Sequence record: NC_000866.4
Reading direction: 5' to 3' (one strand)
Source of the DNA: Escherichia phage T4
DNA length: 64,000 bases
A program made the position numbers and the translations under genes. Under the pieces are notes generated by a model, which made no database searches, was not told the DNA's origin, and saw nothing but the letters and a program-made list of their open reading frames with translations. Positions within the stretch are counted from its first letter, which is position 1. The number at the start of each line of letters is the position of its first letter. Positions 8,458 to 17,080 of the stretch are shown piece after piece.

Positions 8458-8530
8458 CTGGGAATAAAGGACTCGAACCTTTGCATCTAGCAGTCAAAGT
8501 GCTATGCCTTACCAACTTGGCTAATTCCCA
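8458..8530 (-). tRNA. tRNA-Gln (anticodon TTG)
   Basis: reverse complement TGGGAATTAGCCAAGTTGGTAAGGCATAGCACTTTGACTGCTA...AGGTTCGAGTCCT...ATTCCCAG. Confidence 0.9.
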
Positions 8531-8594
8531 ATTATTAACAAAGGCTCTCTAACAAGAACCCTTGATGATAGAGGGTATTAATCAGTGCGGTATG

Positions 8595-8625
8595 AGTTAA
8601 TAATAACAAATAATTCTTAAAGCAT
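8595..8625 (-). promoter_or_regulatory. candidate middle promoter (MotA box ATGCTTTA plus AT-rich -10) for the tRNA cluster
   Basis: minus-strand ATGCTTTA at 8625..8618 matches the MotA-box consensus (a/t)(a/t)TGCTT(t/c)A; -10 assignment uncertain. Confidence 0.3.
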
Positions 8626-8627
8626 AT

Positions 8628-8921
8628 TTACCATTTATGATGATACGTATTTACGATACATTCAAGACCCAAAGGATTCTTGAAAATATCATATTCAAGA
8701 GGACCTTTTTCTGTTTCAATAAAGAAATCAAAATTTACTGTATTAAATTTACGGTCTTCCTTTACTAATTTAACTTGAGAAGATGAACGATCAATGTAAA
8801 CCTTTTCAACTTCAAAACACGTTAAAATGCCATAATCATCAATCAAGGCTTTAGCTGCTTCTTGATCATATTTATATCCATTTTCAACGGATGATACTTT
8901 CGCATAAAGAATCATCATCAA
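8628..8921 (-). CDS. hypothetical protein (T4 tRNA.2 position)
   Basis: 97-aa ORF; ATGA overlap with the upstream ORF. Confidence 0.55.
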   Translation of the reverse strand: MMMILYAKVSSVENGYKYDQEAAKALIDDYGILTCFEVEKVYIDRSSSQVKLVKEDRKFNTVNFDFFIETEKGPLEYDIFKNPLGLECIVNTYHHKW

Positions 8922-9328
8922 CCTCTATCAACAATAGCATGAGTATGGGCATTTACGATTTGCCACCAGTCGAAACGATTGGAACCATAATCTGGTTTAT
9001 TTTCATTTTCTTTAATGATATCACGCAGTTTATCTTCTGTTTCAGCATACGCAATTAAATCATCATATCCACCACAAGGATAATAATTATCACCTGCGAA
9101 TAAAAGAAAATTTACCTTAGATGGATTTACGTAATAATGGTCTTTAGGATATTTAGTTCCTCTCCAATCAGTTACTTCAACATAACGGTAAGAAAATCCA
9201 TTTTTACTTTCAATCCAACTCCACGCTTCAAAAGGAGTATTAAAAACTTTATCAGGTATTAAATTACCTTCAAAATGAGAAGGATTTGCATAATCCCCGG
9301 CATAAACATAATATTCGTTAATACTCAT
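8918..9328 (-). CDS. hypothetical protein (T4 tRNA.3 position)
   Basis: 136-aa ORF rich in aromatic residues; no motif recognised. Confidence 0.55.
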   Translation of the reverse strand: MSINEYYVYAGDYANPSHFEGNLIPDKVFNTPFEAWSWIESKNGFSYRYVEVTDWRGTKYPKDHYYVNPSKVNFLLFAGDNYYPCGGYDDLIAYAETEDKLRDIIKENENKPDYGSNRFDWWQIVNAHTHAIVDRG

Positions 9329-9514
9329 TTATTCACCTTTAGAAATTTTATCCATAACGATAGCAATTAAACCAATTAAAAATGCTACTACAAGTGAAAA
9401 CACATTTTCTGCTGTAGTTAATAATCCGCATATAAATCCAACAAACATTGAAAAACTAAAAGCAGAAGCAGAAATTGCAATAGCAACATTTCGAATTAAT
9501 TCACAGCGTTTCAT
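9329..9514 (-). CDS. hypothetical small membrane protein (T4 tRNA.4 position)
   Basis: 61-aa ORF with two hydrophobic helices; SD GAGGAG upstream; directly downstream of an early promoter. Confidence 0.5.
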   Translation of the reverse strand: MKRCELIRNVAIAISASAFSFSMFVGFICGLLTTAENVFSLVVAFLIGLIAIVMDKISKGE

Positions 9515-9542
9515 TTTATTCTCCTCAGTAGTTGATAGGGTA

Positions 9543-9572
9543 ATAGTATCACAGCTAAAACCCTATGTAAAC
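9543..9572 (-). promoter_or_regulatory. early promoter (-35 GTTTAC, 18-nt spacer, -10 TACTAT)
   Basis: minus-strand GTTTAC at 9572..9567, TACTAT at 9548..9543, conserved CTATCAACTAC leader; upstream AACTTTGTGAAA shared with the ipI promoter. Confidence 0.55.
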
Positions 9573-9590
9573 AACTTTGTGAAATATTTA

Positions 9591-9878
9591 TTACAAAAGA
9601 TTTTTAGCAATAATCTTGAGATGTGCCGCAGAAATGTGTTTAGCTTTAAACAACGCAGTTTCTTCAGCAGGAGAGATAACGATTGTAGCACCATCCTTTT
9701 TAGCAGACCACCCATCACCTAGGTAAACAGTACCTTTGATTTCTTCGCCATCAACCAGACTAATCATTGGTTTACCTTCTCGTCCTTTATTTGCTTTAAT
9801 AACTTCAGAAGTAAGAGTAGCTTCGGTAATGGTAGAAACCGGGGTAGTTGTAGAAGTAAATTCTTTAAATGTTTTCAT
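9591..9878 (-). CDS. ipI: internal protein I (packaged anti-restriction protein)
   Basis: 95-aa ORF (MKTFKEFTSTTTPVSTITEATL...) matching T4 IPI as I recall it. Confidence 0.9.
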   Translation of the reverse strand: MKTFKEFTSTTTPVSTITEATLTSEVIKANKGREGKPMISLVDGEEIKGTVYLGDGWSAKKDGATIVISPAEETALFKAKHISAAHLKIIAKNLL

Positions 9879-9909
9879 TTTTATTTTCCTAATTAATTTT
9901 GATGAGGTA

Positions 9910-9939
9910 ATAGTATCACTACCTCATCAGTATGTAAAC
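9910..9939 (-). promoter_or_regulatory. early promoter for ipI (-35 GTTTAC, -10 TACTAT)
   Basis: minus-strand GTTTAC at 9939..9934, TACTAT at 9915..9910; 9-bp inverted repeat GATGAGGTA/TACCTCATC flanks the -10. Confidence 0.55.
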
Positions 9940-9951
9940 AACTTTGTGAAA

Positions 9952-10648
<697 letters not shown>

Positions 10649-10649
<1 letters not shown>

Positions 10650-11374
10650 TATAGTACCTTTAGTGTATTTTTAATTTTAGAAAAAAGTTCTTCAAGAGAA
10701 CCATCGTTTGTAATTACTAAATCGCCATCACGAATTGGCAATCCAGCTTCTGTAATATGTGTATCATTGGATTTTTGACCAGGACGAACTACATGAATTA
10801 CTGTAGCACCCATCGCCCTAGCCGCATCCATTTCATGATCTTGACGGGTATCAGGAACGATATAATAATCATAACCTGAGTTAAATTTATCAAGATAATC
10901 TAAAGCAAATAATTTTACCCAGTACATGCGGTCGAAGTTATTAACAATCAAATCCGTACCTAGGGCTTGCATCAGACGACGGACTGACCATTGATCTTCA
11001 ATATTATTTATAACGTCAGTAATCTTATTAAATGCTACGAAATTAACTGATTCTTTTCCTTCGTCATCAAAAACAAACACACCTTTAATTGGGCTTTTAC
11101 CATTAAGATAACAAAATGCTTGTTCCATAATCGTGATTACTTCTAATTTAGTCAGATTTAAATTAGTCTCACGATCATAGTCAATTCCTTCAAACTCTTT
11201 ACGAGTTAAGCAAGGATAGTCAGTGTTTGCTGCAAATACTCCCCATGCATAAGCCAATGCATCCTTAATAGGACCAGCAAGTTGGTATTTAACTGCAGAA
11301 TAATTGCTCATGATAAAATCAGCAGTAGTATCTTTTCCACTACGCTTTACACCGCTTAAAAAGATTAGTTTCAT
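10649..11374 (-). CDS. 1: deoxynucleoside monophosphate kinase
   Basis: 241 aa from the ATG at 11374 (SD GAGGAG); P-loop GVKRSGKDT; the track ORF extends 13 codons further upstream. Confidence 0.9.
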
Positions 11375-11423
11375 GTGTTTCTCCTCAAATTTAATTAAGA
11401 TTATAACACACAAAACTGAAGCA

Positions 11424-11954
11424 TTAAACTTCTGCTATAATTTTACCATCTTTTTCTACTTGAAAATAGGTGTAAGGAATTGTTGCAGTACATACTAAAG
11501 CCGGGTCTGAATCTTCCGTGTAGCTAAATTCTACTTCAGATAGGTCAGAAACCCAAGGCTTATAAAAATTTATTGACATCACGATTTCAGTTTTGCTATT
11601 ATCTAAGATGTAAAGCGTAATGTACTCAGGACCTGTTTTTTGGGCAGTATTTTCACCTGTAAGATAGTTGCTAGTTCCTAGCATCCATTCATACATTCCT
11701 ATCCACGACTTAAGTTCTTCATCAACTATAAATCTCACAATGAGTGGATCATACTCAAATGTAACACCTGGACGTTGTGCTCGGCCCAGTCCAAACGGCC
11801 CAGTCACGGTATCAGTAACAGGTATTCTAATTCCTGGAATAGGAACTGACTGAGCATTTAAAGTAAAAGCAGATGTAGTATTACTATGTGGTATTGATAC
11901 TACAAAGTTAGTTGTATTTGCTTGGTTAAAAATTTGTTGCAGAGCTTGCGACAT
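11424..11954 (-). CDS. 3: tail completion / tail tube terminator protein gp3
   Basis: 176 aa from the ATG at 11954 (SD GAGGAA); the track ORF extends 27 codons upstream. Confidence 0.8.
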   Translation of the reverse strand: MSQALQQIFNQANTTNFVVSIPHSNTTSAFTLNAQSVPIPGIRIPVTDTVTGPFGLGRAQRPGVTFEYDPLIVRFIVDEELKSWIGMYEWMLGTSNYLTGENTAQKTGPEYITLYILDNSKTEIVMSINFYKPWVSDLSEVEFSYTEDSDPALVCTATIPYTYFQVEKDGKIIAEV

Positions 11955-12060
11955 ATATTCCTCATAATGCTTTATAACTGTTGGTGGTATAATGGGTCTA
12001 AGTCCCTTCCATTCAATTCCATTTAGAACAAACAACAGAAAAGAATGGAAGATAATAGAA

Positions 12061-12885
12061 TTAGATATTTGACCAGACTTTGTTTGCAGAGAAACGTTTT
12101 CCTTTTGAAACGAACTGCTGAAGTGGCATCAACACAACGTTCGCCCAGTCTTTCGGGGCGATTTCAACAAGGCTACCCATAATATTACCAGGTATATATG
12201 CCTTAATCATTTGGTCTGCACCCCTAAATCCTTTCACTTGACTCCAATCAATTTTTAATTTCGTTTTATTAGTAATAGTAGGTGTATTTGCATATTGCTT
12301 TAAAAGCTCTTCTAGGAATTGCTGACGAGCTTTAGGTGGAATATAGTGCAAGTTTAATCCGTACATTAAATTATGCTTACCTAAACCAAGGTAAATTATC
12401 AAAGGAAATTTATCCCAGTAAGGAAGAGTTTCCTTGTGTTTAGCATCATAAGCAAAAGCATATATTCGTCCCGGCTGCGGGCGAACAACTTTATGTCCTT
12501 TTACTTGCTTAATAGTTTCAGCAAACCACTTTCTGGTTTTATTATTAATTGCTGCGCCTTCATTACGAATTTTATCACGCAATGTTTGTCTGAATGAATT
12601 TATCATAAGCAGTTGTCTTTCTTGCTTATTGAGTTTATTCATTGGTTTTGATTCAAGTTTTTGAATCTTTTCAGCCGTTTTAATTCCTGAAGCATATTTT
12701 GACATTGCTGAAGTAAACGTAGAGTATTTGATTCCTCTTTCTTCAGCAAATTGCTTTCCTGTCATTCCTTTTGCTTTGGCCTTTTTATATTCAAGACCTA
12801 TCTGAATCCATTTCTTTTCGTTTAATGATTGCTTAACCTTTGGAACTTGGGGAGTGCTTTCATTAATTATTTGAAAAATAGCCAT
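12061..12885 (-). CDS. 2: DNA end-protector protein gp2
   Basis: 274-aa basic ORF, length and position as T4 gp2. Confidence 0.85.
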
Positions 12886-13337
12886 TATGCCCCCTTAAAG
12901 CCAAGAGCTCGTAATCCATCTTCTGTTAGAATTCTAAATTTTATTCCACGCTTTTCAGCTAAAGATTGTGCTGCTTTCCATTTGTCAGTGTTCACAGACC
13001 AGGTATAAATTTCATTCATAAATCTTTTCTTCGCTGCGGTCGTTAGATGTGCTGGTTTAACTGGTGGTTGTGTTTCTTTTTTAGGTTTTATTTCAATAAA
13101 AAATTCTTGTCCAGAAGAATCTTTCATCCAAATATCCATGAAGTATCTACGTTTTTTCCCTTCTGCATTACAAAAATAAGGAATTACTGCTGTTTCACTA
13201 CCCCATGCAATAATTTCTGGATTTTTATCTAACCATTCAAAAAAGAATTTTTCCCAATTTGATCTATACGTAATTTTTTTAGGGTCACCTCTATACTTTG
13301 ATATATTTTTAGGAACCCATTTTCCAGAATATGCCAT
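12885..13337 (-). CDS. 4: head completion protein gp4
   Basis: 150-aa ORF directly downstream of a minus-strand late promoter. Confidence 0.85.
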
Positions 13338-13348
13338 TGGATTCTCCT

Positions 13349-13356
13349 TATAAATA
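13349..13356 (+). promoter_or_regulatory. late promoter TATAAATA for gene 53
   Basis: exact TATAAATA 29 nt upstream of the gene 53 start codon. Confidence 0.65.
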
Positions 13357-13363
13357 GATAATA

Positions 13364-13371
13364 TATTTATA
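13364..13371 (-). promoter_or_regulatory. late promoter TATAAATA for gene 4 (divergent from the gene 53 promoter)
   Basis: plus-strand TATTTATA = minus-strand TATAAATA, 27 nt upstream of the gene 4 ATG. Confidence 0.65.
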
Positions 13372-13384
13372 AACAGGAGGGCCC

Positions 13385-13975
13385 ATGCTCTTTACATTTT
13401 TTGATCCGATTGAATATGCGGCCAAAACGGTGAATAAAAACGCGCCGACTATTCCTATGACAGATATTTTTAGAAACTATAAAGACTATTTTAAACGCGC
13501 TCTTGCGGGATACCGCTTACGTACTTATTATATTAAAGGTTCACCACGCCCGGAAGAATTAGCAAATGCTATATATGGAAATCCACAGCTGTATTGGGTT
13601 TTATTGATGTGTAATGATAATTATGACCCGTATTATGGATGGATTACTTCGCAAGAAGCTGCTTATCAAGCATCTATACAAAAATACAAAAACGTAGGTG
13701 GAGACCAAATAGTATATCATGTGAATGAGAACGGTGAAAAATTTTATAATTTAATATCATACGATGATAATCCATATGTTTGGTATGATAAAGGCGATAA
13801 AGCTAGAAAATATCCTCAATATGAAGGAGCGCTTGCTGCGGTCGATACGTATGAAGCTGCTGTTCTTGAAAATGAAAAACTTCGTCAAATAAAAATAATA
13901 GCAAAATCAGACATCAATTCATTTATGAACGACCTTATACGTATAATGGAGAAATCTTATGGAAATGATAAGTAA
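13385..13975 (+). CDS. 53: baseplate wedge protein gp53
   Basis: 196-aa ORF at the start of the late baseplate block. Confidence 0.85.
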   Translation: MLFTFFDPIEYAAKTVNKNAPTIPMTDIFRNYKDYFKRALAGYRLRTYYIKGSPRPEELANAIYGNPQLYWVLLMCNDNYDPYYGWITSQEAAYQASIQKYKNVGGDQIVYHVNENGEKFYNLISYDDNPYVWYDKGDKARKYPQYEGALAAVDTYEAAVLENEKLRQIKIIAKSDINSFMNDLIRIMEKSYGNDK

Positions 13976-15686
13976 TAACCTTAATTGGTTTGTCGGTGTT
14001 GTTGAAGATAGAATGGACCCATTAAAATTAGGTCGTGTTCGTGTTCGTGTGGTTGGTCTGCATCCACCTCAAAGAGCACAAGGTGATGTAATGGGTATTC
14101 CAACTGAAAAATTACCATGGATGTCAGTTATTCAACCTATAACTTCTGCAGCAATGTCTGGAATTGGAGGTTCTGTTACTGGACCAGTAGAAGGAACTAG
14201 AGTTTATGGTCATTTTTTAGACAAATGGAAAACTAATGGAATTGTCCTTGGCACGTATGGTGGAATAGTTCGCGAAAAACCGAATAGACTTGAAGGATTT
14301 TCTGACCCAACTGGGCAGTATCCTAGACGTTTAGGAAATGATACTAACGTACTAAACCAAGGTGGAGAAGTAGGATATGATTCGTCTTCTAACGTTATCC
14401 AAGATAGTAACTTAGACACCGCAATAAATCCCGATGATAGACCGCTATCAGAGATTCCGACCGATGATAATCCAAATATGTCAATGGCTGAAATGCTTCG
14501 CCGTGATGAAGGATTAAGATTAAAAGTTTATTGGGATACCGAAGGATATCCGACAATTGGTATTGGTCATCTTATCATGAAGCAGCCAGTTCGTGATATG
14601 GCTCAAATTAATAAAGTTTTATCAAAACAAGTTGGTCGTGAAATTACAGGAAATCCAGGTTCTATTACAATGGAAGAGGCGACGACTTTATTTGAGCGTG
14701 ATTTGGCTGATATGCAACGGGACATTAAATCACATTCTAAAGTAGGACCAGTCTGGCAAGCTGTCAACCGTTCTCGTCAAATGGCGTTAGAAAATATGGC
14801 ATTTCAGATGGGTGTTGGTGGTGTAGCTAAATTTAACACAATGTTAACTGCTATGTTAGCAGGAGATTGGGAAAAAGCGTATAAAGCCGGTCGTGATTCA
14901 TTGTGGTATCAACAAACAAAAGGCCGTGCATCCCGTGTTACCATGATTATTCTTACGGGGAATTTGGAATCATATGGTGTTGAAGTGAAAACCCCAGCTA
15001 GGTCTCTATCAGCAATGGCTGCTACTGTAGCTAAATCTTCTGACCCTGCTGACCCTCCTATTCCAAATGACTCGAGAATTTTATTCAAAGAACCAGTTTC
15101 TTCATATAAAGGTGAATATCCTTATGTGCATACAATGGAAACTGAAAGCGGACATATTCAGGAATTTGATGATACCCCTGGGCAAGAACGATATAGATTA
15201 GTTCATCCAACTGGAACTTATGAAGAAGTATCACCATCAGGAAGAAGAACAAGAAAAACTGTTGATAATTTGTATGATATAACCAATGCTGATGGTAATT
15301 TTTTGGTAGCCGGTGATAAAAAGACTAACGTCGGTGGTTCAGAAATTTATTATAACATGGATAATCGTTTACATCAAATCGATGGAAGCAATACAATATT
15401 TGTACGTGGAGACGAAACGAAAACTGTTGAAGGTAATGGAACTATCCTAGTTAAAGGTAATGTTACTATTATAGTTGAAGGTAATGCTGACATTACAGTT
15501 AAAGGAGATGCTACCACTTTAGTTGAAGGAAATCAAACTAACACAGTAAATGGAAATCTTTCTTGGAAAGTTGCCGGGACAGTTGATTGGGATGTCGGTG
15601 GTGATTGGACAGAAAAAATGGCATCTATGAGTTCTATTTCATCTGGTCAATACACAATTGATGGATCGAGGATTGACATTGGCTAA
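13959..15686 (+). CDS. 5: baseplate central spike with lysozyme domain, gp5
   Basis: 575-aa ORF; internal lysozyme domain (EMLRRDEGLRLKVYWDTEGYPTIGIGHLI) paralogous to e; C-terminal VxGxxxxx beta-helix repeats. Confidence 0.95.
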   Translation: MEMISNNLNWFVGVVEDRMDPLKLGRVRVRVVGLHPPQRAQGDVMGIPTEKLPWMSVIQPITSAAMSGIGGSVTGPVEGTRVYGHFLDKWKTNGIVLGTYGGIVREKPNRLEGFSDPTGQYPRRLGNDTNVLNQGGEVGYDSSSNVIQDSNLDTAINPDDRPLSEIPTDDNPNMSMAEMLRRDEGLRLKVYWDTEGYPTIGIGHLIMKQPVRDMAQINKVLSKQVGREITGNPGSITMEEATTLFERDLADMQRDIKSHSKVGPVWQAVNRSRQMALENMAFQMGVGGVAKFNTMLTAMLAGDWEKAYKAGRDSLWYQQTKGRASRVTMIILTGNLESYGVEVKTPARSLSAMAATVAKSSDPADPPIPNDSRILFKEPVSSYKGEYPYVHTMETESGHIQEFDDTPGQERYRLVHPTGTYEEVSPSGRRTRKTVDNLYDITNADGNFLVAGDKKTNVGGSEIYYNMDNRLHQIDGSNTIFVRGDETKTVEGNGTILVKGNVTIIVEGNADITVKGDATTLVEGNQTNTVNGNLSWKVAGTVDWDVGGDWTEKMASMSSISSGQYTIDGSRIDIG

Positions 15687-15720
15687 TATACTTCCAATGA
15701 GCGCTGATTTAGGAGAATCC

Positions 15721-16215
15721 ATGGAAGGTTCTTCTATCGACGTCACCTTTACCGCTCAATTAGAAACAGGTGAAACGTTAGTATCTATAAATATAACTAG
15801 TTACGAAGAAACTCCTGGGGTTTTAGTAGAAGAAAATCGCTTATATGGAACATATGAATCTGTATTTGGTTTCGGAAATGACGCGTTGAAATATCGTTTA
15901 GGCGATGAATTTAAAACTGCTGCTTCATGGGAAGAACTTCCTACTGATTCTGATACTCAGTTGTATTTGTGGAAAGCTCCTCAAAACCTCCAGAAGACAT
16001 TCACTTACGAAGTAACATTAATATATGACTACCAAGAACAAAGTGAATCTGGGGGTTCTGGCAGTAATTCTAGGTCATCTTCTGATACTACTGAACCGAC
16101 AGATCCTCCTGCTCCAGTAAGAAAAACTCTAGTTAAAAATTATACTAAAACTATAGTTGGAAATTGGAGTCGTTGGGCTAATAAACTGAGAAAATATGCC
16201 TATGCAAGACCATAA
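15721..16215 (+). CDS. hypothetical protein (T4 5.1 position)
   Basis: start chosen at the ATG at 15721 preceded by SD AGGAG; the track ORF (15658, TTG) overlaps the gene 5 end. Confidence 0.55.
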   Translation: MEGSSIDVTFTAQLETGETLVSINITSYEETPGVLVEENRLYGTYESVFGFGNDALKYRLGDEFKTAASWEELPTDSDTQLYLWKAPQNLQKTFTYEVTLIYDYQEQSESGGSGSNSRSSSDTTEPTDPPAPVRKTLVKNYTKTIVGNWSRWANKLRKYAYARP

Positions 16216-16618
16216 ATATTTTTATTTGTATTCAATAACTAATAAAACAACAGAAAAAATTTATGTAGGCGTCCACAAAACTTCAAATTTGGATGATGGG
16301 TATATGGGTTCTGGCGTTGCCATTAAAAATGCCATTAAAAAATATGGCATAGATAATTTTTATAAGCATATTATAAAATTCTTTGAATCTGAAAAAGCTA
16401 TGTATGACGCAGAGGCAGAAATAGTCACAGAGGAATTTGTTAAATCTAAGAAAACTTATAATATGAAACTAGGCGGTATCGGTGGCTTCCCAAAACATAA
16501 CACAGCGGGTGCTAAAAATGGATTTTACGGTAAATCTCATTCGCGTGAAACTAGATTGAAAATTAGCATTAAATCGTCTAGAAAAAGAGGGCCTAGAGGG
16601 CTAGAGGTAAAACTCTGA
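16196..16618 (+). CDS. segC: GIY-YIG homing endonuclease, catalytic N-terminal part
   Basis: 140-aa ORF with GIY-YIG motif (KIYVGVHKTSNLDDGYMGSG) and linker GKSHSRETRLKIS; ends at a TGA after which the homologous sequence continues in another frame. Confidence 0.7.
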   Translation: MPMQDHKYFYLYSITNKTTEKIYVGVHKTSNLDDGYMGSGVAIKNAIKKYGIDNFYKHIIKFFESEKAMYDAEAEIVTEEFVKSKKTYNMKLGGIGGFPKHNTAGAKNGFYGKSHSRETRLKISIKSSRKRGPRGLEVKL

Positions 16619-16620
16619 AG

Positions 16621-16791
16621 ATGTGTGGCGCCAATAACCCAAGGTATGGCAAAATAGCCCCTAATGCTAAATCTGTTATTATCAACGGCGTTTTATATAA
16701 AAGTATTAAAATCGCAGCTAAAGCTCTTAATATAAATTATAGTACCTTAAAGGGGCGAGTTAAAGCGGGGTATTATAAATGTCAGGATTAA
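16621..16791 (+). CDS. small ORF resembling the C-terminal DNA-binding region of a GIY-YIG endonuclease (T4 5.3 position)
   Basis: 56-aa [59 protein letters not shown] in frame 1, starting 3 nt after the stop of the GIY-YIG ORF (frame 2). Confidence 0.4.
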
Positions 16792-17072
16792 GTTATGATA
16801 AGTGTGTTACTGCTGGCCATGAAGCGTGGCCTCCAACAGTTGTGAATGCTACACAAAGTAAAGTATTCACTGGAGGAATTGCTGTTCTCGTAGCAGGCGA
16901 TCCAATTACAGAACATACAGAAATTAAAAAGCCGTATGAAACACATGGCGGAGTGACACAACCTAGAACTTCTAAGGTATATGTCACTGGAAAGAAAGCT
17001 GTTCAAATGGCTGATCCAATATCATGCGGTGATACTGTGGCTCAGGCATCATCTAAAGTATTCATTAAATAG
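16779..17072 (+). CDS. 5.4: PAAR-repeat spike-tip protein gp5.4
   Basis: 97-aa ORF, length and position as T4 gp5.4. Confidence 0.85.
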
Positions 17073-17080
17073 GATTTAAA

